From contig OY782781.1 of the NCBI GenBank assembly GCA_963678315.1, positions 128,001-192,000 of the forward strand: a stretch of 64,000 nucleotides of DNA, written 5' to 3'. The first letter of the stretch is position 1. Each line of letters begins with the position of its first letter. The position numbers and the translations under genes were made by a program. The notes under the pieces were generated by a model, which was not told the origin of the DNA, ran no database searches, and worked only from the letters and a program-made list of their open reading frames with translations. Origin of the DNA: Candidatus Cloacimonadales bacterium (GTDB taxonomy: Bacteria > Cloacimonadota > Cloacimonadia > Cloacimonadales > JAFGVF01). Of this stretch, positions 29,939-40,636 are shown piece after piece.

Positions 29939-32900
29939 TTAGTTTCTTTTAGCTGATTCAACTGCATCTGTAGAAGCTTCAACCTTAAAGAACTTCATCA
30001 TATCAGCACTTGAAACATCGACTGATGTTGCTGTTACATGGTAAGCAGCGTTACCATCTGTAGAAATTTCAGGTGAATCACTCATATATACCTTGTAAGA
30101 AACGGCATCATCAACAGGATTCCATGACAATGTGATAGTTGAACCATCAACTGTGATTGTTACATTTGGAATAGCTAGTTCTGAAGGACCTATTACGATT
30201 TCTTCATGACTTCCTAGATAAGTAAATGTATCTTGAGGGAATACAATCCATTGAGAATTATCTGCATCAGTTCCAGCAGAAAGAGCCCAGTCAGTTGTTC
30301 CTTCTGTTACAGTCATCTTTCTAACTAAAGTATAGTTTGCAGTTGCTCCGTCAAGTACAGGCCATGAAGATCCTGGGTCTGTACCTTGAACACCAACTAC
30401 ATCAATAGGGGTAGTATTATAGAATAAACCAACAGCATCGTCACCATTGAAATATGTAACATTACTTGTTACATCTTGAACATCTGAGATACCTGCATCT
30501 GCGCTTGAATTAGCAATTACAAATACAGCACCAGCTGCAAGAGTTCCTTCCATATCATAAGTATTACCCCAATCTCCACCATTAGAAGCTAGTTTAACAC
30601 TATAAGGAGTCAAGTCTACTTCAGCACCTGTACCGTTATAGATTTCGATAGCTTTATTATTTGAAGAACCTTCTATATATTCAGAAATAATCATTCCTGT
30701 AGGAATAACAATTTCTTCTATTGTAATTACAGATTCAGCGATTGGGCTATCAGTCATTTCTGCTTTAACAGCATAAGCTTTAACTGTAGTAGTAGCTTCA
30801 ACTGAGAATGCTTCAGAATAAACTGAAGAAGCAGTTGTAGGGTCATTACCATCAAGACTATAGTATATAGTTGCACCTTCAGTAGAACAAGTAATAGTAA
30901 CATTTTGTGTTTCATTATATGTACCTGTAGCAGGTAAGATAACAGGAGTAGCAACAACTTCAGGAACACTTGTATCTGGAACGACATCAGCATCACTTCT
31001 TGGGTTTAATCCAAATTCAGAAAATGCATAATCAACAATACCTGTAATTGAAGTGAATACATCACCTAATTGAGCAGCTGGATCTAAAACATAACCAATT
31101 GAGTCATCGATTTGACCATCACCAGAACCGTCGGTAACATACCATTGTCCGTAACTTCCACTATTAACAGGAGTTGAAACAGTTACATTTTCAACAGTAA
31201 CAAGAACACTTTCATAAGCTTCGTTTGAAGCTAATTCTGCAGTTGTGATAACCACTGGTTCAGGAAGAGCGTTTTCAGAAGATATAACTGTCAAATCGCT
31301 AACACTAGTCAATTCAGTTAAATTGTTGTATTCAACTACAGAAGCTCTGAAGTTAACTTGGTCACCAACAGCTACAGTTTGGGTATCATCATAAACATAG
31401 ATTCCATTCCAAGCTCCACCTTCAGCAGAAGTTAAGTAGAATTGACCACCAGTCTTAACATAGGAAACTATACCTTGAACAATAACTTCTTGTCCACTAT
31501 AAGGAGAGTCGCCACTAGCATCTTCTGTATACTGAATATCATAGATAGCAGTAGGTAGTACTTCATTAGCAAGACCAGTTAGAGCTATTTCAACAGGCTC
31601 ATAACTTTCCATAAGATCACTATGTGTAATAGTACCACTAACTTGACCTGCGTTTGTAGCATTAAATCTAACTTCGACTGTAAGTTCTTCTTCATACATT
31701 TCTGATTCAAATGAAGTTCCCCAATTTCCTGAATTAGGATCTTTAATTTGGAAATCACCAGTAGCAATAACTTCAGCAATCTCTATATCTTGGAAATAAA
31801 GAATATAGCTTTGTGATTCTGAGACAAGTCCAACCTCTGATTCAAATGACATTGTAGTTTTTGAAACATTAAAGCCATCATCATAGTTTGATTGTTCAAC
31901 CATATCAGCACTAGTTCTAGCAAAGATTTGAGCTGTACCATTGTATTCAGCAGCCAAACCAGTTACATAAAGGTTCATTGCTGAGATATCTGTACCGAGA
32001 TAATCAGCTTCGGTGAAGTTTGTTCTGAATACAAGGTTATTTGTTCCATCTGTTAATGTGTAATTTGAACTTTGAGCAAATGTACCAGTTTCAACAAATG
32101 TCACATCTTGAACTTGGATAAGTCTTGATTCATAAGTTTCGTAGTTAGTATTTAATTCATCAAGAGTAACTACAATTGGAGATACAGTATTACCTGTTGA
32201 TGTTGCATTGCCTGTATCAGTAACAGGTTTGAACTGCATTACACCACCATAAGTACTAAGTGTACCTTGGATATTTGATATTCCATCATATTGATTGTAG
32301 ATAGTTGTAATAACACCATCGTTATCATCAATTAAAATACCTGCTGTAGCATCTTGAATATATTTTTGATTTCTATTTGATTGTTGATAAGTGATGACTG
32401 CTTGGCCAGTTAATCTATAAATTGTACCATCAGTTAAACCTGTTCTCAACTCAGCAATTGTAGCTACATCATTAAAAGCAACTTGAGCAAATTCTGCAGT
32501 AGCAATAGCACTATCTGTCATATTAGCTTTAACTGCAATAGCTTTCACTGTAGCAGAAGCTGTTAAAGTAAATGGTGCACTATATTGAGTTGAAGAATCT
32601 GTAGGTTCACTTCCATCAATAGTATAATAGATAGTAGCATCTGCAGTTTCACAAGTAATTGTTACTTCTTGAGAAGTTTCAAATACTCCACCATCAGGAG
32701 AGATTACTGGAGTTGCAACCATTTCAGAAATATCAGTATGAGAACCAATATAATCAAATGTATCTGTTGCAAAAAGAAGCCATTGAGAGCTACTTGCATC
32801 TGTACCAGCTGAAGCAGTCCAATCAGTAGTTCCTTCAGTAACTGAGAACTTTCTTACTAATGTATAGTTTGCAGCTGCACCAGTAACACCAGCTACGTCA

Positions 32901-35900
32901 AAGTTAGCATCACTTGAGCCATCTGTTGTACCAAATACATCAATTAAAACATCCATGTAGAATAAACCAATAGCATCGTTACCATTGAAATATGTAACAC
33001 TACTTGTTGTATCAGCTTGTTGAAGAATAGCTGCATCGGCACTAGCATTTCCAATGACGAATACTTCACCGGCAGCTAATGTCCCCTGCATATCGCATGT
33101 TGTAGACCAATCTCCGCCATTAGAACCTTTTTGAACATTGTAGTTTGTTAAATCAACTTCTGCACCAGTTCCATTATAGATTTCGATAGCTTTATTGTTT
33201 GAAGAACCTTCAATGTATTCAGAAATAATCATTCCTGGTGTAAGAACTAATTCTTCAATAGTAATAACAGCTTCAGCTATTTGACTATCAGTCATGTCTG
33301 TTTTAACAGCAATAGCTTTAACAGTTTTAGTTGTTTCTACATTGAATGCAGATGTATATTCATTAGATGCATCTGTTGGGTCAGTTCCATCTATTGTATA
33401 GTATATTGTTGCACCTTCGGTAGCACATGTAATAGCTACTTCTTGAGTTGAATAATATGTGCCTGTTTCAGGTGTAATTACTGGAGTTTCTACTACTAAA
33501 GGAACAGCAGAGATAGTAATTACAGATGTAGCAATAGCAGAATCTGTGAAGTCAGTTTTGACAGCAATTGCCTTAACTGTAGTAGTCTCTGTTACGTTAA
33601 AAGCACTTGTGAATTCAGTAGATGAATCACTTGGATCTGTTCCATCTAAAGTATAGTATATTGTTGAACCTTCTGTAGCACAAGTAATAGTCACTTCTTG
33701 AGTAGAAGTAAATGTTCCTGTTTCAGGTGTGATTTGAGGAGTTTCTACTATTTCAGGAGTTGTACCACCACCGTCAAAGGTGTGGGAGCCAACATAAGTG
33801 TAAGTATTTGCATCATATACTATCCACTGAGAATCTTCCACAGTAGTTCCTGAAGAAGTTGCCCAATCAGTTGTTGGACCATTTACAGATGATTTTCTAA
33901 CAAGAGTATGGTTAGCAGTAGCATTAGTTTCTCCAGCTACATTCCAACCAGTACTAGGAGCTTCACCTTCAGTACCGATAGCATCAATAACAACACCATT
34001 TTTAGCTAAAGCAATAGCATCATTACCATTGAAGGTACAAATAGATCCTTCTGTTAAATCTGCTTCTGCAAGAACACTAGTATCAGAAGCAGAATTTGCA
34101 ATAACAAAGACATCATTATTAGCAAGAGTACCTGATAAAGCTAAAGTATATTCCCCCCAGCTTCCACCATTACTTATTTTACTAATAGAATAAGCTGATA
34201 GATCAACTGGAAGACCTGTACCATTATATATTTCAATAACTTTAGTGTTTCCACTAGAAGGCTCTATGTATTCAGAAATAAACAAATCTGTTGCTAATTG
34301 AGCTGCACCTTCTTCAACAACTGTATAATTTCTTTCGTTAGTTGTTGTAGTTTCTGATTCATCATCAGTAGCTTCAATAACATAGTAAATTGTAGTTGCT
34401 AAGCTTTGACCAGGAATATCAGCAGTAAATGTTCCTGCACCTGTCATTGGAGTAGTTGTAGTATAATCACCTGTTGCTGTTCCCCATTTAAGATTAACAG
34501 AAGCAAGAGTTCCATCGTTATCTACAACATCAGCACTAATTGTAACAAGGTCATTTGCTAGTACTTGAGTTGGAGATTGTGACACATTACTTACAACTGG
34601 ACCAACATTAGGAACTGTACCAACAACCACATCGTCAGCTGATCTAGGATCTAATTCAAAATGGTTATAAGGGTAGAGATATAAACCTGTAATAGAAGTA
34701 TATACTGTACCAAGTATTGGTTGAGGGTCAATAGTATAGAATTTGTCTTCTACTTCAATTGCTCCTGAACCATCGTTAACATCAAATGCACCACTTGAAG
34801 CTTCTGTTTCAGTTGTTACGTTCTCTACTGTAACTAAGCATGATTCATAAGCTTCACCAAGACTACCAGTAGCAACTACTGATGGGTTTGGAAGAGTATT
34901 GTTTGAAGAAACTAGTGTATAATTAACAACATTAGTTAGCTCAGTAAGAGTATTATATTCAGCAACATCAGCTCTAAATGAAACTTGGTCACCCACTGCA
35001 GGAGTTACATCAGAAGTATAAACATAAACTGAATTCCATGCTCCACCAGTTGCAGAAGACAAATAGAAACCTCTGCTATCAGTATAAATAACTAGTCCGC
35101 TTACATTAACTGTTTGACCTGAATAAGCAGATACATCAGAAGTAGCAGGGTCTGTTACATATTGGATATCATAGATTGATACATCAGGAATAATATTTAT
35201 TGTATAAGTTTCAGTAGCTTCAGCTGAGTTAACCCATTCTGTTTTAGTTGCAATTGCTTTAATTGTCATACTTTCATTAACAGCAATTGCACTTGTATAT
35301 TGTGTTGAAGAAGTAGTTGGTTCACTTCCATCTGTTGTATAATAGATAGATGCTCCATCTGTTGAAGTTGCTATTTCTACTGTTTGAGCAGATTCATAAG
35401 TTCCACCAGCAGGTGTCATAACTGGAGTAGCAACTGTATAAACAGGTTCTCCTCCCCAAATAGCATTTACCCATTCACTATGATCGATAAATGGATTCCT
35501 ATTTCCTTGGAAATCTTGAACACCGTCATTTCTATCTCTTTCAGCTTGATCAACTGGATCTAAATTATTCCATTCAATCAAAGTCTCAACCATATCAATG
35601 TTAAGGTCGCGTGTTGTATTAGATAAGGGCATTCCATATCTAACAGACATATAGAACATCGCTCTAGCAACATTACCTTTATGTTGGTCTGCAGGTTCCC
35701 ATACTGTCACACCTTCTGCATTAGAACCTCTATATGAAGTGTAACCTGTTGCCTCTGAGAATGAGTTATCAACTGAATTCACGTAGTCAAATGATAAATT
35801 ACTTCTAGAAGAATTTGCTGATATTTCTGATGGGAAAAGATGATGTACATCTGCTTTAGCATATAATTCTTCAGATGCTAGAGCATAATCTTCTATCCAG

Positions 35901-37768
35901 CTTTGAGGATATGTATGTTCACAGTTAATGCCTGAAGGAGCAGATGTATTTGTATAAGAATGATTAACTTCCATACCTGTATAAACACAAGTAACTGTAT
36001 TATCAATATTATCAATATAGCCATACATTTCAGCTCTAGCATTATCATAACTAGAATTTGTATTATCATCTATTAAATCATGTAATTGATTTTCTAAGGC
36101 AGAACCACCAACCGCAGTAATACTTTCATAGTAACCTTCATAAGTAACTGAAGAAACTGTAATATAAGCAGTCTTTGTTTCAGTAGCATCGGCTGTAGGG
36201 TCTGCACTATCTAAAACATACAATGAAACAGTATAAGTTCCATCTGTAGTGTATGTATGAGTTGGATTTACTTCTGATGAAGTAGCTGTTCCATCCCCAA
36301 AATTCCATTCATAAGTATAAGGAGAAGTTCCACCAGTAGTTAAATCAGTGAAAGAAACTTCTAAAGGAGTAGTGCCACTTGTAACATCAGCCTCAAAATC
36401 AACAGCTAGTTCTGTAGGCACTGTTCCACTACCTGTCATTGTGTGAGAACCAAAATAATCTATTGTGTTAGCATCATATACTATCCACTCTGAGTCAGAA
36501 GCATCTGTCCCAGCTGAAGTAGCCCAATTAGACTGAGGTCCTGTTACACTTGCTTTTCTAACTAATGTATGGTCAGCGGTAGCATTACTAACACCAGCTA
36601 CATCCCAACCTGAACCTGGATCAGCACCATCAGTACCAACACAGTCAATTAGACTGCCATTCTTAAATAAACCTATTGCATCATCACCATTAAAGCCACA
36701 CAAAGTATTATTTGTGTCATCTGCTATTGCCAGAATACTAGAAGCAGAACCAGTATTAGCAACAATATATACATCGTTATGAGCTAAAGAGCCACTCAAT
36801 GTGAAGCTATACTCATCCCAGGCTCCACCATTACCAATTTTATGAAGGGCATAATTTGATAAATCAACTGCTTCGCCAGTACCATTATAAACTTCAATAA
36901 CTTTTGTTAATCCACCATCAGGTTCTGTATATTCAGATATAAATAAATCTGAAGCAGCACCTTCAACAGCTTCTGAAACGGTAATATAAGCAGTCTTTGT
37001 TTCAGTAGCTTCAGCTGTAGGGTCTGCACTATCTAAAACATATAATGAAACAGTATATGTCCCTGCTTCCGTATAAATGTGAATAGGTTCCGCATCAGCT
37101 GAAGTAGCAGAACTATCACCAAAGTTCCATTCATAAGTATAAGGAGAAGTTCCACCAGATGTTAAATCAGAGAAGTTAACTGTTAAGGGAGCACTTCCAC
37201 TTGTGAAATTTGCTTCAAAATTTACAGATAAGTCAACTGGTGTAGATCCTCCTGGATTATCAGTTACTGTGAAATCATCAATGAATAAGTGTGCATTTTG
37301 ATTATCACTTAAAATTCTGATATATACAATTGACGAAGCATCATTAATTTCAAATGAATAATCAACTAATGCATTTTCAGCACTTGCTCCAAGTGTATGT
37401 GTATCTAAATCTGTGAAATCAGTTCCATTTATAGATTTTTGGAGTACAAAAACATTTGTATCATCACCATTAGTAAATCCATATTTAAAACTTACTGTAC
37501 CAATAGAATTTAAGACAGGTGTTGTAATGTGTGCACCTGCTTTATCATCATTAATTGTAAAAGCATATGAACCTACAGCAGAATATCCATAGCTGAAATT
37601 CCCGGCTTCTACTTTTGTCCAAACTCTTCCATTTATAGTTACAGAAGCGTCACCATAAGCAGTGCTTGGATTACTATTAAAATCTTCAGTCCAATTATCA
37701 GCAAACACATTGCTGACACTTAGAGTCATTATCACTACCAAAAAAATGAAAAGTATTCTTTTCGTCAT
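29939..37768 (-). CDS. Large secreted modular nuclease: endonuclease I (Bsn/EndA-like) with 2 PKD, 4 lamin-tail, 5 CHB_HEX_C/Fn3-associated and OB-fold modules
   Basis: Signal peptide; NCEHTYPQSW...DVHHLFPS..ANSSRSN...EPADQHKGNVARAMFYM..RY...QGNRNPFIDH; repeated ISEYIEGSSNNKAIEIYNGTG, YEWNFGD and IYYTxDGxxP. Confidence 0.88.
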   Translation of the reverse strand: MTKRILFIFLVVIMTLSVSNVFADNWTEDFNSNPSTAYGDASVTINGRVWTKVEAGNFSYGYSAVGSYAFTINDDKAGAHITTPVLNSIGTVSFKYGFTNGDDTNVFVLQKSINGTDFTDLDTHTLGASAENALVDYSFEINDASSIVYIRILSDNQNAHLFIDDFTVTDNPGGSTPVDLSVNFEANFTSGSAPLTVNFSDLTSGGTSPYTYEWNFGDSSATSADAEPIHIYTEAGTYTVSLYVLDSADPTAEATETKTAYITVSEAVEGAASDLFISEYTEPDGGLTKVIEVYNGTGEAVDLSNYALHKIGNGGAWDEYSFTLSGSLAHNDVYIVANTGSASSILAIADDTNNTLCGFNGDDAIGLFKNGSLIDCVGTDGADPGSGWDVAGVSNATADHTLVRKASVTGPQSNWATSAGTDASDSEWIVYDANTIDYFGSHTMTGSGTVPTELAVDFEADVTSGTTPLEVSFTDLTTGGTSPYTYEWNFGDGTATSSEVNPTHTYTTDGTYTVSLYVLDSADPTADATETKTAYITVSSVTYEGYYESITAVGGSALENQLHDLIDDNTNSSYDNARAEMYGYIDNIDNTVTCVYTGMEVNHSYTNTSAPSGINCEHTYPQSWIEDYALASEELYAKADVHHLFPSEISANSSRSNLSFDYVNSVDNSFSEATGYTSYRGSNAEGVTVWEPADQHKGNVARAMFYMSVRYGMPLSNTTRDLNIDMVETLIEWNNLDPVDQAERDRNDGVQDFQGNRNPFIDHSEWVNAIWGGEPVYTVATPVMTPAGGTYESAQTVEIATSTDGASIYYTTDGSEPTTSSTQYTSAIAVNESMTIKAIATKTEWVNSAEATETYTINIIPDVSIYDIQYVTDPATSDVSAYSGQTVNVSGLVIYTDSRGFYLSSATGGAWNSVYVYTSDVTPAVGDQVSFRADVAEYNTLTELTNVVNYTLVSSNNTLPNPSVVATGSLGEAYESCLVTVENVTTETEASSGAFDVNDGSGAIEVEDKFYTIDPQPILGTVYTSITGLYLYPYNHFELDPRSADDVVVGTVPNVGPVVSNVSQSPTQVLANDLVTISADVVDNDGTLASVNLKWGTATGDYTTTTPMTGAGTFTADIPGQSLATTIYYVIEATDDESETTTTNERNYTVVEEGAAQLATDLFISEYIEPSSGNTKVIEIYNGTGLPVDLSAYSISKISNGGSWGEYTLALSGTLANNDVFVIANSASDTSVLAEADLTEGSICTFNGNDAIALAKNGVVIDAIGTEGEAPSTGWNVAGETNATANHTLVRKSSVNGPTTDWATSSGTTVEDSQWIVYDANTYTYVGSHTFDGGGTTPEIVETPQITPETGTFTSTQEVTITCATEGSTIYYTLDGTDPSDSSTEFTSAFNVTETTTVKAIAVKTDFTDSAIATSVITISAVPLVVETPVITPETGTYYSTQEVAITCATEGATIYYTIDGTDPTDASNEYTSAFNVETTKTVKAIAVKTDMTDSQIAEAVITIEELVLTPGMIISEYIEGSSNNKAIEIYNGTGAEVDLTNYNVQKGSNGGDWSTTCDMQGTLAAGEVFVIGNASADAAILQQADTTSSVTYFNGNDAIGLFYMDVLIDVFGTTDGSSDANFDVAGVTGAAANYTLVRKFSVTEGTTDWTASAGTDASSSQWLLFATDTFDYIGSHTDISEMVATPVISPDGGVFETSQEVTITCETADATIYYTIDGSEPTDSSTQYSAPFTLTASATVKAIAVKANMTDSAIATAEFAQVAFNDVATIAELRTGLTDGTIYRLTGQAVITYQQSNRNQKYIQDATAGILIDDNDGVITTIYNQYDGISNIQGTLSTYGGVMQFKPVTDTGNATSTGNTVSPIVVTLDELNTNYETYESRLIQVQDVTFVETGTFAQSSNYTLTDGTNNLVFRTNFTEADYLGTDISAMNLYVTGLAAEYNGTAQIFARTSADMVEQSNYDDGFNVSKTTMSFESEVGLVSESQSYILYFQDIEIAEVIATGDFQIKDPNSGNWGTSFESEMYEEELTVEVRFNATNAGQVSGTITHSDLMESYEPVEIALTGLANEVLPTAIYDIQYTEDASGDSPYSGQEVIVQGIVSYVKTGGQFYLTSAEGGAWNGIYVYDDTQTVAVGDQVNFRASVVEYNNLTELTSVSDLTVISSENALPEPVVITTAELASNEAYESVLVTVENVTVSTPVNSGSYGQWYVTDGSGDGQIDDSIGYVLDPAAQLGDVFTSITGIVDYAFSEFGLNPRSDADVVPDTSVPEVVATPVILPATGTYNETQNVTITCSTEGATIYYSLDGNDPTTASSVYSEAFSVEATTTVKAYAVKAEMTDSPIAESVITIEEIVIPTGMIISEYIEGSSNNKAIEIYNGTGAEVDLTPYSVKLASNGGDWGNTYDMEGTLAAGAVFVIANSSADAGISDVQDVTSNVTYFNGDDAVGLFYNTTPIDVVGVQGTDPGSSWPVLDGATANYTLVRKMTVTEGTTDWALSAGTDADNSQWIVFPQDTFTYLGSHEEIVIGPSELAIPNVTITVDGSTITLSWNPVDDAVSYKVYMSDSPEISTDGNAAYHVTATSVDVSSADMMKFFKVEASTDAVESAKRN

Positions 37769-37919
37769 TTTTTTCTCCTTGGAGTATTTTAGAATTTATA
37801 AGTTTAAAACAATTTTATGACGCATTATCGCTCTAATGTGTCAAGCCTTATAGTATGATTTTATTTTAATGCTAGCTTAACGTAAAACTAACAATTATAA
37901 GAAACGATAAATCAACATT

Positions 37920-39638
37920 TTAATTAAGAATAGTGTCTAAATCTTTAGTTACTGATTCCATATCAGAATCAGGGCTCACGAAATAGGTTCTAAAGACTGG
38001 TGTTAGATGAGCTAAAGGTTTAATAACAATCTCGATTAGCGGTTTTATATGTTTAATTACGAAATCAGTTCCTGCTTCGTCTGTGTTAGGAAGAATAAGT
38101 ACAAAAGAAGATTCATTCCAGCGACCGAAAACATCTTGTTTACGAATATGACCTCTAACAGTATCTGAGACCTTTATGATATTTTTATTGAAGTCTTTTT
38201 TATCTACTTCCTCTTCCCCGATTACTTTAATAAGAACCATATTAATTTCCATCATGTTTCTTTGGCTTAAATTTCTTAATATGGTTAATCTCTCTATCAA
38301 GGTCTGTTTATTAAGAGCTCCTGTAAGCTCATCGTTCTTAGAGATTTCTCTCAATTTAACTGCAATAGTTTGAATTTGTCTATTTAGCAATTCAAGCTCT
38401 TGGTTTTTTTCTCTAAGAATAATCTTTTCTCGTTCTTGTTGCTGAGATTCAAACTTAGCTTTAATCTCTGAAATAAGTTTTCTTTCTTTTTTAGAAGAAA
38501 CTACTTCCACAAATTTATTCTTTTGAGTAAGAGCTTTAAAGGCTTTATCGAAATCATCTTTCTTCTCATACAAATCAGCTAAAGCTTGATAAATTTCGCT
38601 TTTCTTCTCATCCATGCTACTAACCTGTTCAATAGCTTCTAATGCTTTATTATAGTAAGCTTCGGCATTAGAATGTTCATTTTCAGAATAATAAGCCTTA
38701 CCCAAAATTATATTTAAATCTACCAAATTAATTATCGGGATTACACCTTTGAATTTATCCATTATGCAATTGCAAATTTCGATTGCCTTAGCCATATTAT
38801 TATCTAACATATAGCCATCTGCCATCAATAAATAAACTTTGATTGATTTTTGATTATTCTTTTCTGTTTTACTATAAATTTCAATTGCTTGTCTATAAAA
38901 GTCCAATGCTTGCTCGATATTTCTATGATTGAGATGAACATTTCCTTTTTTAACTAAACTGTCAGCATTAACACTTTCTAGTTTACTTATCTTTGACAAA
39001 TCATAGCATTTATTATAGAATTTTAAAGCTCTTTTCATTTGATTCATTGAGTAATAGAGATCCCCTATTAACAAATGAATTTCACAAATACTCTCTTGAT
39101 TTTTTTCTCTTTCAGAGATTTCGAGTCCTTTGAAATACATACCTAAACTTTCAACATAATTTTTACATACACAAAAAGCAGTACCTAAGTTAAGATAGAT
39201 ATCTCTTAATTCGTTTTTAAGTAATTTATCATCTTTATCATATCCACTAGGGACTAAATCTAGTGATAGTTTTAGAAAAGTAATAGCATTAGTATATTCC
39301 CTTAGTTTGATGTAAGTTTTACCTACATTTTTTGTAGCGATCACAATTTTCAACTTATCTGGACTATCTTTATAAACGCTACATGAAAGTCTAAAGTATT
39401 TTAGAGCACTCTTAAACTCTTGTTTATGCCAATATAAAACTCCAAGTTCAATTTGAAGCTCTCCCATCTCATTACTTAATTGAAGTTCATCCGCAATTTT
39501 AATAGCTTTAAGTAGAGTTTTTTCTAGTAAATCGCTATTTTCATTTCTAGAATATTTTGCTATCTGCTCTCTAATATTCTTATAATCTTCAAGTGTAATT
39601 TCGTCTTTTTCTATTTGTTTAGTAGTTTTTTCTGACAT
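37920..39638 (-). CDS. TPR-repeat protein with a degenerate GGDEF domain
   Basis: Multiple TPRs, a coiled coil, DELTGALN and DVFGRWNESSFVLILP, where NESSF replaces GGDEF. Confidence 0.82.
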   Translation of the reverse strand: MSEKTTKQIEKDEITLEDYKNIREQIAKYSRNENSDLLEKTLLKAIKIADELQLSNEMGELQIELGVLYWHKQEFKSALKYFRLSCSVYKDSPDKLKIVIATKNVGKTYIKLREYTNAITFLKLSLDLVPSGYDKDDKLLKNELRDIYLNLGTAFCVCKNYVESLGMYFKGLEISEREKNQESICEIHLLIGDLYYSMNQMKRALKFYNKCYDLSKISKLESVNADSLVKKGNVHLNHRNIEQALDFYRQAIEIYSKTEKNNQKSIKVYLLMADGYMLDNNMAKAIEICNCIMDKFKGVIPIINLVDLNIILGKAYYSENEHSNAEAYYNKALEAIEQVSSMDEKKSEIYQALADLYEKKDDFDKAFKALTQKNKFVEVVSSKKERKLISEIKAKFESQQQEREKIILREKNQELELLNRQIQTIAVKLREISKNDELTGALNKQTLIERLTILRNLSQRNMMEINMVLIKVIGEEEVDKKDFNKNIIKVSDTVRGHIRKQDVFGRWNESSFVLILPNTDEAGTDFVIKHIKPLIEIVIKPLAHLTPVFRTYFVSPDSDMESVTKDLDTILN

Positions 39639-39647
39639 ATATTTTTC

Positions 39648-40301
39648 CTATGAGAGTTTTATCATTTCTGAAATAGCTTTTTCTATACCTTCATAGACAA
39701 CATTAAAAGGAGCATCATTCATGAAAGCAGGTGTTGTTATCAACTTATTATCATTATCAATAATACAATCTGAAGAACTGATTGCTACGATATTGTTGTT
39801 TGTGAATTCAAGTTCTTTTAGGTAATTTGGAGCTAGGCCTGTACAAAGTGTTACATTTTTATCTTTAAATATAAGTGCTAAAATAGAAGGAACAATACAA
39901 ATAGCACATATTACTTTTTTAGCTTCATGAAAAGCTTTTACTATTTGTTCCAGTTCCGTGTTAATTATCATTTCTGAAAGTTCACTAGGGAAGTTAGAGT
40001 TGTTTTTCAAGACACCAAAACCACCTGGAATAACTAGACCTGCATAGCTCTGGATATCTAAATCTTTCAAAGGTCTTATATTACCTCTAGCTATTCTAGC
40101 AGACTCATTTAAAATATTACGGTTATAGTTTTCATCTTCTTTTGTATAATGATTAAGAGCATGCATCTGCATCCTATCTGGAGCAAATATATCTACTTCA
40201 ACTCCCATCTTTGCAAGTGCTAATAAACTATATGTAGCCTCATGGATCTCCGAACCATCTAAATGTCCACTTCCAAATAGAATTAAACAAAATCTTCTCA
40301 T
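39648..40301 (-). CDS. elbB: ElbB/ES1 (DJ-1/PfpI family) glyoxalase
   Basis: GSGHLDGSEIHEA, ESARIARG, PGGFG..KN, ICIVP and TTPAFM. Start placed at the ATG after GGAG. Confidence 0.88.
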   Translation of the reverse strand: MRRFCLILFGSGHLDGSEIHEATYSLLALAKMGVEVDIFAPDRMQMHALNHYTKEDENYNRNILNESARIARGNIRPLKDLDIQSYAGLVIPGGFGVLKNNSNFPSELSEMIINTELEQIVKAFHEAKKVICAICIVPSILALIFKDKNVTLCTGLAPNYLKELEFTNNNIVAISSSDCIIDNDNKLITTPAFMNDAPFNVVYEGIEKAISEMIKLS

Positions 40302-40510
40302 CTTCTTCTCCACTATTTACTTCTTAACAATTATACATTTTATTAATTAATTTGCAGATTGTCAATAATATTATTTAAGTAATGACTACTTAATGTGGTT
40401 ACAAATGATTTATTTTAGAATTATAGCTCCATAAACCTCTATAAAAGGAATAAGAAATGTCTAATAAAATTGCCCTTAAATTGCCCGTAAATACTAGAAA
40501 TAAAGGCCAC

Positions 40511-40561
40511 CCTTACTTACCTCCTTAAAAAAATGGCCTTTTTTCAAGGAGGCAAGTAAGG
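40511..40561. repeat. 51-bp palindrome family B, copy 1
   Basis: CCTTACTTACCTCCTTAAAAAA...TTTTTTCAAGGAGGCAAGTAAGG; its reverse complement is 44/51 identical to 58536-58586. Confidence 0.87.
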
Positions 40562-40636
40562 TAGAAGTAATCTATTATTGTTTTATGAATTACTTCTAAA
40601 GTAAATCTTATTTCCCAAAAAGCAAATAATCACATC

